Of a DNA stretch of 64,000 bases, positions 49,825 through 61,187 are shown piece by piece. The position numbers were made by a program, and so were the translations under genes. Source of the stretch: Schmidtea nova (lineage: Eukaryota). Numbering within the stretch: position 1 is the first letter of the stretch; each line of letters begins with the position of its first letter. The stretch spans positions 298,158,001-298,222,000 of the forward strand of contig CM097882.1 in the NCBI GenBank assembly GCA_044892505.1. Reading direction: 5' to 3'. The notes under the pieces are model-generated. The model was not told where the DNA came from, did not search any database, and was given only the letters and a program-made list of their open reading frames with translations.

Positions 49825-50046
49825 ATGGGTCAATCATTACCTAATTTAAATTTAAATTGTAAATCTTCTTGTTGTAATGGAGAAGATCTGGACGAACCCA
49901 AAAGACGACGCCGGTTTCGGTGGAGTCGAAAAGCTAAGGAAAAAAGCACAGAAGTCGAAACAACAGACACAAAGTTGGTTATCGGGGCAACTTGCATACA
50001 GTCTAAACAAACCGATGTTGAAACGGTTTCCAACTCGAGCATATAA
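49825..50046 (+). CDS. Candidate overprinted ORF (MGQSL...CKSSCC...PKRRRR) overlapping the integrase 5' end
   Basis: First ATG after the upstream stop, ACAATGG context, 73 open codons, offset from the integrase frame. Confidence 0.4.
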   Translation: MGQSLPNLNLNCKSSCCNGEDLDEPKRRRRFRWSRKAKEKSTEVETTDTKLVIGATCIQSKQTDVETVSNSSI

Positions 50047-50923
50047 AACATATAGAATCAATGATTTGTGGCAAATGGATTTGATGGAAATGATTCCGTA
50101 TTCCAAAATTAACAAGGGGTACAAGTATATTTTAACATGTATTGATGTTTACAGTAGATTTGCTCGAGCAATTGGAGTCAAATCTAAATCTGCTAATGAC
50201 ATGGCAATCGCTATCAAGACTATGATGAAAAAGGATCGGCCAACTAATTTACAAACTGATTTGGGTAAATTTAAATTTAAATTTATACATATTTAATATT
50301 TTTTAGGAAAGGAATTTTACAACAGTAAAGTCAAGGAAGTTATCAAGGGAATAAATCATTATTCGGTATTCTCACAATTCAAAGCCGCTCATGTCGAGAG
50401 ATTTAATCGAACTTTGCGTGATCGATTGAAAAAATACTTTGTTTTTAAAGGCAATAAAACCTGGATTAATGTCTTACCTCAATTGATTCATAGTTATAAT
50501 CATAGTGCTCATCGGGGTATAAATGGCAGGAAACCGGCAGAAGTAGTTGATACTGAAAATATTGTGAGTGAAGTGAAAGTAAAGAAACCAAAATATAAAG
50601 TTGATGATCATGTTCGAATTAGCAAGATTAGTACATCGCCATTCGTTAAAAATTTTGATAATAATTGGAGTGATGAGGTATATCAAATATCGAAAGTCAA
50701 CACAGTGCAGAATCCTGTCATGTATACTATTCGTGACTCTGATAACAATATAATCAGCGGCAAATTCTACGAACAAGAATTACAAGTTATTCCTAAACCT
50801 ACGATATTTAGAATTCAAAAGATTTTGAAGACTAAAATGGTAGGTAAGGATAAACAATACTATGTCAAATGGCATGGATATAAAGAACCATCATGGATCT
50901 CGTCAAAAAATCTAGTAAAGTGA
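49877..50923 (+). CDS. Retroviral-like (rve) integrase with C-terminal chromodomain, one 42-nt intron
   Basis: WQMDL, QTDLG|KEFYN joined across intron 50265-50306 (GTAAAT...TTTAG, contains an in-frame TAA), HVERFNRTL, and chromodomain YYVKWHGY. Confidence 0.95.
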
Positions 50924-51936
50924 ATTTTTACACTATTTTACCGAGCAATAGTTGTCCGAATATCCATCCGGATAATACCGCAAGTAAATTCATGGTGAAT
51001 TTACCTAATCCAATTTATTTAAACGGAAATTGGGAAGTTGCTCTAATGGATTTTACATTTGTTTACCAACCTTTTCCATATTATAGTTATTGTAAAATTT
51101 ATTACTATAAAAAGAAAACAATTGTTGCAAATGCGTTTTTCTCGATATATAATAATAATGGCCATCTGAATGTTCCAACTCACACCATTGATCCTGATAT
51201 CGAATTGTGGCAACGAGGTGGAAGAATATTTCTCACGTGTAATGTTGTTCCGTATACAATTACATTTAATGATCTTGAGATAGCAAAACGAATGGGAAGT
51301 AATAAACTGACAATAACATGTAATGAAGAAGAATGTGAATTCAAAGTTATGCAAAACTTGGCCAGTAATGATGAAGAAATAATTACTTTTACTATATCGT
51401 ATGATCGTGAAGAAGGACATGTATTCACATTCAAGGAAGAGTTGTATATAACGCATCTAGATGAATTACAGAAATATATTAGCGATAATTGTTCGGATAT
51501 TTTTACAGTTGTCGAATTAAATAAATTGTTCAAATTCAAACTCAAAGAAAAAATCACTAAAGTCCGATTTGATAAATACTTGGTCAATACATTGGGATTA
51601 GATAAGGATACATTTACCGATAAAAATATCATTTTTGGTGTTCGTCAACCGAAAATATCTAAACTTCATCAGCAATTATTCGTGTATACAAACATTATCG
51701 AACCCATTATTGTTGGTGATTCCTTGGTTCCTTTACTAAAATCGGTATGGATTGAAAAATACGAGCCAGATGAAATTGTTCAAATAGTAATGGATAATCC
51801 AATGTATTTATCTGTTTCAACATCCTGTATAAACAATATAGAAATAAATATCCGATATGACAGCGGAAGATTTATAAAATTTCCAAAAGATTCAAAAACT
51901 CACTTAACTCTACATTTTCGAAAAAACGATGAGTAA
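50893..51936 (+). CDS. Minor capsid protein (penton, single jelly-roll)
   Basis: FYTILPSNS...NTASKF...LPNPIYLNGNWEVAL, VYTNIIEPIIVGD..VPLLK, IEINIRYDSG and LTLHFR; intact 347 aa. Confidence 0.9.
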   Translation: MDLVKKSSKVNFYTILPSNSCPNIHPDNTASKFMVNLPNPIYLNGNWEVALMDFTFVYQPFPYYSYCKIYYYKKKTIVANAFFSIYNNNGHLNVPTHTIDPDIELWQRGGRIFLTCNVVPYTITFNDLEIAKRMGSNKLTITCNEEECEFKVMQNLASNDEEIITFTISYDREEGHVFTFKEELYITHLDELQKYISDNCSDIFTVVELNKLFKFKLKEKITKVRFDKYLVNTLGLDKDTFTDKNIIFGVRQPKISKLHQQLFVYTNIIEPIIVGDSLVPLLKSVWIEKYEPDEIVQIVMDNPMYLSVSTSCINNIEINIRYDSGRFIKFPKDSKTHLTLHFRKNDE

Positions 51937-52301
51937 TCCCGATATAGTTTCAATGTACAGTGATAGCCAAACTGGTGGCGAATTACCGTATTTTGTCGGT
52001 AAACAGTATGGATCAGGTTGGTTGAAAACTATTGGGAGATTTGCACTTCCAATTCTTAGACGACTAGGTAATATCGGTATGAATACTGCCAAGGACGTTA
52101 TCATGAAAGATAATAAAATATTACCGTCATTGAAAACCAATGCTTAATAAAGCTATACCTGCTGTAACTCAAATGCTTCCTACAATTACAAGTATGTTTA
52201 CAAAAAATAAGGAACCTGAATCTGTACCGGTAGGACCAAGACGTAAACGAAAACGTATAAACAAACGAATGAAAGGTCATGGAACTATATTTGAAGAATG
52301 A
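51929..52301 (+). CDS. Putative virion core/membrane-active protein, frameshifted near 52141
   Basis: SQTGGELPYFVGKQYGSGWLKTIGRFALPILRRLG. An adjacent frame continues LNKAIPAV...GPRRKRKRINKRMKGHGTIFEE to a TGA that overlaps the MCP ATG. Confidence 0.7.
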
Positions 52302-53518
52302 TTTGCGGTAAATCTGAATTATGTCTTTTTGATCGACCATCACCTCAAGCAGTTATTGAATATGGGGCGTTTGAAGATGTGTTTCCAATGAATTCTATTA
52401 CAGATAGTAGAAATGATGTTGAATTTTACATTAATGGTTCTCAAACCGAATATTTGGATTTGAACGATACATTATTGTCCGTTACAATCAAGGTTGTAGA
52501 TAAAGATAAAAAGGCTCTAGTCGATGCGAGTGATGTAATTCCCAATAATTACCTGTTTCATACACTTTTCAAAGATGTAATTCTCGGATTTAATAATATA
52601 AAAATCGAGGGTGGAAACAATACATATGCGCACAAGGCAATAATCGAAACTATTTTAAATTATACGAATGATGCGAAAGAAACATGTCTTACTCCAATGG
52701 GATATGGTTCAGCTGACGATCGGAAAAAATGGATCAAGGGATCTAAACTTTTCAACATGTGTTCGTCATTACAACTGGATTTTATGGATCAACCTAAATA
52801 CTTACTTCCCTGAGTTAATGTACATATTAGATTGAAGCGATCTGATTCTGCATTATCATTGAAATCGGCAGCTGGGAAACCAATAATCCAAATAGTTGAT
52901 GCAAAATTGATGGTAAGAAGAGTTCGATGTGAATCTTCAGTTTTGGCCGGTCATCAAATTGGTTTAAATAAAAAACATGCAATTTATCCATTAAAATCCA
53001 AAGAAATCGTATCGTTTGCAATCGGTAAAGGGGCATCATCATTTTACAAGGAGCAAATATTTGGAGATAGACGAATGCCTAATTTCATTCTTGTGGCTTT
53101 TCAATCCGAAAATCCATATAATGGATCTTATACCGAGTCAACATCTACATTCAAACATTTTAATGTGACTTCATTAACATTGTCGAAAAATACCGATTAT
53201 CGTGAAACATATACCCAGGATTTTGAAAATGATAATTTTAGTGCATCATATATGCAAAGTCTTGTCCGAAATCTAGGTTATTTGGATAAAAACTTGAATT
53301 GTGGTATAGGTTTAGATGAATTTAAATCTAGTTATCCATTCTTTACATTTGTTCTGGCTCCCGATTTTGATTTGAATCAAAGCCAAATCCCTCAAAATGG
53401 AAATTTACGACTCGATATAAAGTTTGCAAAAGCTATTGATGAACCTGTTCATGTAGTTATATATGGAGTTTTTGAAAATGAAGTACAAATTACTGCCAAT
53501 AGAACAATATTGGTTTGA
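52298..53518 (+). CDS. Major capsid protein (double jelly-roll, hexon-like) with in-frame TGA at 52811-52813
   Basis: CGKSELCLFDRPSPQ, YLDLNDT, PNNYLFHTLF, KYLLP*VNVHIRLKRS, FKHFNV, LAPD and GNLRLDIKF. Both listed ORFs are in the same frame. Confidence 0.92.
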
Positions 53519-53571
53519 GCAGAAATCAAACAGTATAAATGATCAAAGTTATTATTTTTATTATTATTATT

Positions 53572-53951
53572 ATGGAGTAAGATTTTTTAATTGATTAATT
53601 ATTTATTTTTTAATTAGTTCTATTCAGGTATTAAAACAAGGTAAAAAACTATTGGGAAATCAATTTATTGGAGTATTTCCTCTGGATAAAATACCTTATT
53701 TGAAAATGAATCAAGCCATCATTGTAAATACTCAGACATCTACGTTGGGCGGTGAACATTGGATTGCAGTTTATGTGAAACCAGATCGAATACATGTATT
53801 TGATCCCTTTGGATATTATTATCCGAATTTACTTGTTCGAAAACTTCAAACTATTGGTAAACCTATTGTGTATAATAGAATTCGGTATCAGCATCCTTTA
53901 ACAATCACTTGTGGTGAACATTGCCTTGCATGGTTAAAATCAATGTTATAA
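53572..53951 (+). CDS. Adenain-like cysteine protease, one 41-nt intron
   Basis: ATG GA|GTAAG...TTAG|T (intron 53577-53617) gives MDSIQVLKQGKKLLGNQFIGVFPLD. Catalytic H (GEHW), D (FDPFG), Q and C (QHPLTITCGEHC). Confidence 0.92.
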
Positions 53952-53983
53952 ACAATTTATTTTAATATATTTTATTTGAAAAA

Positions 53984-54385
53984 ATGTCTTGTTATTTTAT
54001 CGATTTTTATGGTTATAATGAAATGGGTGGAACAACAATTAAGGAATTATGTATTATGAATGTTAATAATATTTTCACACCCCAGTATTATATATACAGT
54101 GATTTATCTTTCTGGCCTGATCGTATAGAATCGTTTGAAGGACAAGATTATTTTTGCCCAAAATGTATAATGGATGATATCACAGATAAAGGAGCTATTT
54201 TCTATGTTACCGATAATGAAAAGATGTATGTTTTGAAGAAGTATTTCCCGAAATTAAGATTAATCAAATATACTTATAAAGAAGTTGAATATGTTCCTGA
54301 AAACATTTCATGTCCCTATAAAGACCATTGTATGTGTGCCTATAAAGGGTGCTTGTCTGCTGTTGTAGATTATTTAAAACAATAA
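53984..54385 (+). CDS. 133-aa accessory protein, DnaQ/DEDD-exonuclease-like N-terminus with Cys/His tail
   Basis: YFIDFYGY...IKELCI and CPYKDHCMCAYKGC; the fold assignment is an inference. Confidence 0.55.
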   Translation: MSCYFIDFYGYNEMGGTTIKELCIMNVNNIFTPQYYIYSDLSFWPDRIESFEGQDYFCPKCIMDDITDKGAIFYVTDNEKMYVLKKYFPKLRLIKYTYKEVEYVPENISCPYKDHCMCAYKGCLSAVVDYLKQ

Positions 54386-54639
54386 ATGTATAATGTGATT
54401 TTATTATTTTTTATTATTATTTTTTAAAATATTATTATTTTTATTATTATTAATATTAAATATTATTATTTTAATCATAAAGACATGACCAGTGCATGAT
54501 CAGTGCGTGATAAGCACATGATGAAACACGTCATATCATGTCTTTGTCACGATACAAAGCAATATCGTGACGTCAAACACACATAAACAAAGGTACATTA
54601 TGTGTGCAGCATGTGTGCATGTATTTGCCTATCCTATCT

Positions 54640-54652
54640 CGATTCTGATTGG
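54640..54652 (+). promoter_or_regulatory. CCAAT-box motif CGATTCTGATTGG ~100 bp upstream of the pol leader ATG
   Basis: Same 13-mer as 48058-48070, followed by a TATA-like TATATAGTATATA. Confidence 0.5.
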
Positions 54653-54752
54653 TCGGTTAATAAAATTCATCTTTATATAGTATATACTTGCATTATTTCG
54701 TCACTTTACTTACAAATTTTTTAAATCAATTTTAAATTAATATCAATCAATT

Positions 54753-57700
54753 ATGAACAATATCCGAATCGTAAAGGAAAGACATCTCGCAGGAGGTGTT
54801 AATGGTAATTTTATTATTATTATTTTTAATTTTATTATAATATATGCTTTCAGAAATGAATATTGCGCGAAATATCGCCACAGTTATGATGCGACAAGAT
54901 GACCAGTCGCCATCTAGAAATGTTGCTCCAAGAATACGAGTTGGAGAACACAATGGTATTAGATTTTTGGGTAATATTTATTTTTATTATTACTATTATT
55001 TTTATTATTATTTTACTTTAGTTAATAATGATCGCAACAACAACAACAATGCCGAAGCATCAAGGATGGGTGCATTTTCTTTAATGGGACGAACTGATTG
55101 TAATTTTATTTATTTATTTTATAAATATTATTTTACAATGAATTTTTCAGATAATATGAGAAATGTGGATATAGATGATGAGCTCCAGAATGACGTTCCG
55201 AATGTTGCCGACGTCCCGAAAGTTGTCCAGAATGATGTCCCGAGTAATGCTCTTGTTAATCCGGATGCCCCAATTTATGGGAAGACAAAATGTAGGCATT
55301 TATCTTTATTTATTTTTTAATTTAGCATATTTTATTTAACTTTTTTATTTAAATAATACTTTTTATATATTATTTTTAAATAATTTAGTAATGGTTTGTA
55401 AAAACAATTACTAAATGATTTAAAAGTATAATATTAAAAGTAATTATAATATGAAATATTCATTTACTTTTTTTTTTTTTTTGATAATTAACATGTTTGA
55501 AATATAGATTTTTGATAAAAAGATACAATTTAGAAATAGAATTTTATATTATGAAATAGTGATTTTTTTTTTGATAGATACAATTTTGAAATATAATTTT
55601 ATATGATGAAATAGTGATTTTTGAAATAGAATTTTATATGATGAAATAATGATTTTTGATAGATACCATTTTGAAATATTATTTTATATGATTAAATAGT
55701 GATTTTTTGATAGATACCATTTTGAAATAGAATTTTATATGATGAAATATTTATTTTTTGATAGATACAATTTTGAAATAGAATTTTATATGATGAAATA
55801 TTTATTTGTTGATAGATACCATTTTGAAATATTATTTTATATGATAAAATAGTGATTTTTGAAATAGAATTTTATATGATGAAATATAGATTTTTGATAG
55901 ATAACATTTTTGAAATAGAATTTTATATGATGAAATAGTGATTTTTGATAGATACCATTTTGAAATAAAAATTTATATGATGAAATATTTATTTTTTGAT
56001 AGATACAATTTAGAAATAGAATTTTATATGATTAAATATTGATTTTTTATATAATATTTGGTTTTATTATCTTATATATTTTGAATTTATTTAAATATTT
56101 ATTTAAATATTTATTTAAATTCAGGTTCAACCTACAAAAATTTTTGCAACAGTAGGTTCCATAATGATTGTCATATCATTATGGAAAAATACTACTCGTT
56201 GCCATATAATACTGTTACCCACCTCATATGCCCCACCTGTAAACTTATCGAAATTTGCCCATATATTGACTTCTTTAATAGGCACTGTAACCATCTTTCA
56301 CAGTTTCAGCCTTCTAAGAAAATTTTATTTAAACAACTTTTTCCTAATTTTATTAATCCTATAAATAATACTATAAATAATAATAATAATAATAATCTAA
56401 ATAATACTATGAATAATACAAATAATATAAATGATACAAATAATATAAATGATACAAATAATCTAAATAATACAAATAATATAAATAATACAAATAATAA
56501 TAATCAAACAAATAATATAAATAATACAAATAATACAAATAATACAAATAATATAATTAATACAAATAATAAACGAAAACATATTAAAATTCCGGATTCA
56601 GTTCCTACTAAAATTCAAATAATAGATCTCACTGATGATGAATTAATAGTCATCAGTGATGATGAAAATTTAAATAATAATGTAAATAATTTAAATAATT
56701 TAAATAATAACCAAATCGGATATGGTGCCGTCGAAATCGTCAATGACCTAAATAACAATCATATAATTGTTAAAATGGATGTAGAAAATCTTAATTTGAA
56801 AACGGTCTCAGTACCGACAATTCTTTTAGATAAATTAACTTTTGAAGTGAACAAATATAAAACTGTCATAATCCAATTCTGTTTGAAGGTGGAATTTGAG
56901 AAGGACGATGAATTACAATCGTTCGTTATCTCAAATTCTGCCAGGGTCTGAAGTGATACCTTCATTGAGGAAGGTATTGCTCTTTTAAATGAAAAAATCA
57001 TCACGATAAATGAGAAAGGTAGTAACTGGACTATCTCAAAAGTTGAATACATTAGCTTTGTCTTGACCAGATACTCTGAAATAACTCGATTAAGCGGAAG
57101 TCAGTTTATCGAAACTCCGAAATCTTTAAGGAAAAAGAAATGTTTAGTAAATGTAGTAAATCAGGACAACTTTTGTTTTTTATATAGTTTCCTTTCTATA
57201 ATTAAATATGAGAGTTTAACAAATGAAACTCGTTGCATTCCTTCCTCTTATAATCTTTCACAATTGAATTATGACCCCAATGATATGCCTATGAGACTTG
57301 GTAATATAAGTAAATTTGAGAGACAAAACCCAGGTTATAGCGTCAATGTTTTGTCATATGATGAAAATCCCTTATTAGATCTTATTGATGAAAATGAGGA
57401 TATTGTCCTTAAACATCCTTTTATTGACTTAATTTACAAGTCAAAAGTTGTAGGTGGTACCCCAATAAATCTGTTATTGCTTCAAAACAGAAAAACTTTT
57501 CATTATATAGGCATCTTTGATTTGAATCGTTTTTTGAATTGCCGTAATAGCGCTATAACCCCTGTAAGGATTTGTAGTAAATGGTGTCCGAGATGCTTAA
57601 ATGGTTTTCGAAATGATGAGGTTTTCAATAGGCATAGGGGTCTTTGTGATAAGAATCAAACTGGTACAACTTTGTACACTTTACCAAAAAATAAGATGCT

Positions 57701-60187
57701 GGAATTTACTGAATGGCGCAAAACAGTGACTCCTCCCTTTGTTATTTATGCCGACTTTGAGGCAATCTTACCTGCGGACACCAGGTATTTCCAAAAGCAT
57801 TTGCCTATTTCAGCCGGTTTGTTATTAATTAACAACTTTACTGGACAAAAATTCTATAAATCTTTTGCCGGCCTTAATTGTGTAGAGGATTTTCTAAATG
57901 AAATAGAGCTTATAAGTCGCCACATAGTAACACCGTACTATTATAAAAACGCTAATAAAACTATGATAATTAGCCATGAGCAACAAATTGAATTTAACAA
58001 CAGCACAATTTGTTATTTATGCAAAAAGCTATTATGTCGACCTGTTAGGGACCATGACCATTTCACCGGTCTTTTTCTTGGAGCAGCTTGCTCAGAATGT
58101 AATAAAAATAGGCAGATTAGACATACCCTTCCTGTCATCTTTCACAATTTAAAGGGGTATGATCTACACCATATTCTAAAATATGGTTTATCTAAATATC
58201 GTAAATGGAATATTAGCTGTATTCCATTAACCAGTGAGAAATTTCTTAGTCTTTTTGCTAGGATTGACTCTTTAACTGTCAAATTCATAGACTCATACCA
58301 ATTCGTCAGCGAGTCTTTAAATAATGCTGTCAAAACTCTTACTTCCTTACCACTCACCGAATCAGAATTTCAGGGCACTATAATTACAGCCAAGGGCATT
58401 TTTCCGTATGATGCTGCAACTTCCTTAGAAGTTTTACATTCTACTTTAGCTCTCCCACCGATCTGGAAAGATGTAAAGCCAGAAGAATATGCAATGGCGC
58501 AAAGAATATGGGTTGAAACATCATGTAATTCACTTTTTGATTACATGATGGTTTATTTAAAACTGGACGTTTTTTTACTTGCTGATTTTTTCCAGCAATT
58601 CCGTTTCAAGTCTATTAATCATAATAGACTTGAACCTCTGAATTTCCTCGGGATTCCAAGTTTATCTTGGAGTTCTGCCTTAATGACCTTAGAATCTCCA
58701 ATCGAGCTCCTCACCGATATGGAAATGTACAATTTTTTCGAGGGCGGTATCCGTGGCGGACTAACTTTTATTAACAAACACTATGTAAAAACAAGCCCGG
58801 ATACCGCATTGCTTTACATAGACATCAATAACTTGTATGGATGGGCCTTAAGCCAACCTTTACCTTGTTCTAATTTTGAATGGGTCACAGATGACCACTT
58901 ATTAAATGAAATCGTTTGTCAGTGCACATCGGTTGATCTAGATGCACTTCATTATGGCTACACCATAGAAGTGGATTTGGAGATACCGGCATCAATTCAT
59001 GACAAACTGGATGATCTTCCAGTTGCCGCTGAAAAGATGTGTGCACCGGGATCCAAGGTTGAGAAGCTGATGCTCACGCATAATCCAAAGAAGAACTATG
59101 TTCTTCATTGGCGGCTTCTGCAACTATTTGTTAAATTAGGCATCGTGATAACAAAGGTCCACAGGGCCATAAAATTTAATCAAAGCAAAATTTTTTTAAA
59201 TTATATTAATACCAACACGACGTTACGATCAGCGTCAACAACTAAATTAGATAGGGATTTTACAAATTATTGAATAACAGCCTTTACGGCAAAACCGTAG
59301 AAAATTTAAAAAAGCGTATTAATTTGCGCCTATGTAATAATCCTGAAAAATTACTTACTTATTGTTCGAAACCTACGTTTCGTAAAACTAATAAAATCGA
59401 TAATGATCTTATTTCTGTCTTGCTGCGAAAGGAGTCAGTATGTTTGGATAGACCCAGCTACATCGGTCAAACTGTACTGGATTTATCCAAACTAAGAATG
59501 TACCAGCTACAGTATGTAGAGTTACAAAAATATCGTGACGACTATAACTGTAAGATTAACATCGTCGCTGGGGATACTGACTCCTTTTTTCTTGAGGTCA
59601 AAAACTGTAGTCTTGACACTCTTTTACCGGCTATGGTTAATGATTGCTTGCTGGACACCTCCAATTATGACCCTATGGATCCTTTATACAACAGAAACCT
59701 TGACTCTGTCATTGGAAAGTTCAAAGACGAGAGTAAAGGGATGTTGTATAAAGAGTGGGTGTTTCTTAGACCGAAATGCTACAGCTTAATGGGTGATGAG
59801 GAAAGTATGAAGGCTAAGGGGATATGCATGAAGGATACTGGACTAACTCATCAGTCGTATCTCGATTGCTATTTAAATAATAAGATCTATACGGTCCCCC
59901 AGTTTAGGATAACATCTAAAAATCACCAGCTTTTTAGTGTGAAAAATAATAAGCGGGCATTAAGCTGTAGAGATGACAAGCGTAATTGGGTAGGGAAAAA
60001 TAAAAGCCTGGCATATGGCCATTATAGAGGGGGTAACAGTATTTTAGATACGGAGCAGCCTCAGCAGAATCAACAACAGCTACAACAACAACAACAACAA
60101 CAACAACAGCTACAACAACAACAACAGCTACAAGATGATGATCCGTATTTCTTTTACGAAGAGCCGGAGCATAATTATTTGCAATGA
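54753..60187 (+). CDS. polB: Protein-primed DNA polymerase B precursor with a predicted four-intron leader; one in-frame TGA and one frameshift
   Basis: Exons 54753-54804, 54854-54970, 55022-55099, 55151-55291 and 56125-60187. TGA 56949-51 is followed in frame by EKGSNW. Motifs YADFE, RDHDHFTG, IFHNLKGYD, YIDINNLYG, LNNSLYGKT, AGDTDS and LRPKCY. One T is missing at ~59256-59261 (expected DFYKLLNNSLYG). Confidence 0.93.
55490..56045. repeat. ~50-bp degenerate tandem array inside the 833-nt pol intron
   Basis: Repeated GATAGATAC(C/A)ATTTTGAAATAGAATTTTATATGATGAAAT units. Confidence 0.9.
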
Positions 60188-60199
60188 TGGCTAGATATA

Positions 60200-60600
60200 A
60201 ATCTAATCCGAAAATCAAAAAAAAAAAAAAATAACCGAAAATCAAAAAAAAAAAATTTAAGAAAATCAAAAAAAAAAAGAAGTTATTCAGAAGGATCAAG
60301 AAAGATATGAGAATGCACAATCGGCCCTCTTCAGGGCCACAATTTATGATTGAAAAACAGTTTTTTGAAATTTTAGATTTCTAGAAAACAGAAAGGAAAA
60401 CAGATTGTTAAAAATGATTATGAAAACAGAAACCGAAAATACTAGTGATTATTAAACCAGAAATAATTTGAAACAGAAACCGAAAATACTATTGATTATT
60501 AAAACCGAAAACAAAATACATAAAAGAAATATGAAAACCGAAAAGAAAAACCGAAAAGAAATATGAAAACAGATAAAGAAACAGATTGAGAATGAAATAA
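60200..60600. repeat. A-rich degenerate repeats (AAAACCGAAAA-containing units) downstream of polB
   Basis: Recurrent AAACCGAAAAT / AAACAGAAACCG units. Confidence 0.7.
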
Positions 60601-60739
60601 TGGTCCTCTTTAGGGCCTTATTTTTTGATTGTAAATAATATTGCGCAATCAATAAAAACTATGAAAATATTTTATTTCGTTTTGTTTCTTTGTGTTTAGC
60701 ATTATTTTTATAAGTTAATATTATTAGTTTTATAAGTTA

Positions 60740-60744
60740 TTATA

Positions 60745-60828
<84 letters not shown>

Positions 60829-60886
60829 AGTTACTATCACTATTATCACTAATATTATCAATATTATTATTATTATTATTATTATA

Positions 60887-60937
<51 letters not shown>

Positions 60938-61137
60938 AGTTACTATCACTATTATCACTANNNNNNNNNNNNNNNNNNNNNNNNNNNNNNNNNNNNNNNN
61001 NNNNNNNNNNNNNNNNNNNNNNNNNNNNNNNNNNNNNNNNNNNNNNNNNNNNNNNNNNNNNNNNNNNNNNNNNNNNNNNNNNNNNNNNNNNNNNNNNNNN
61101 NNNNNNNNNNNNNNNNNNNNNNNNNNNTAATATTATC

Positions 61138-61185
<48 letters not shown>
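60740..61185. repeat. (ATT)n satellite interrupted by a 167-N gap (60961-61127)
   Basis: Direct reading. Confidence 0.95.

Positions 61186-61187
<2 letters not shown>

Noticed and set aside
52764-52830. Intron that would splice out the MCP TGA (similarly considered for the pol and TBP stops)
   Set aside because: Would delete conserved coding sequence, and the segments lack the AT-rich intron character.
48098-60187. Alternative genetic code (TGA = Gly) in Polinton A
   Set aside because: TGA is the apparent normal terminator of the integrase, MCP, polB, TBP-like and core ORFs, and GGA/GGT are used freely, so point mutation or error is more parsimonious.
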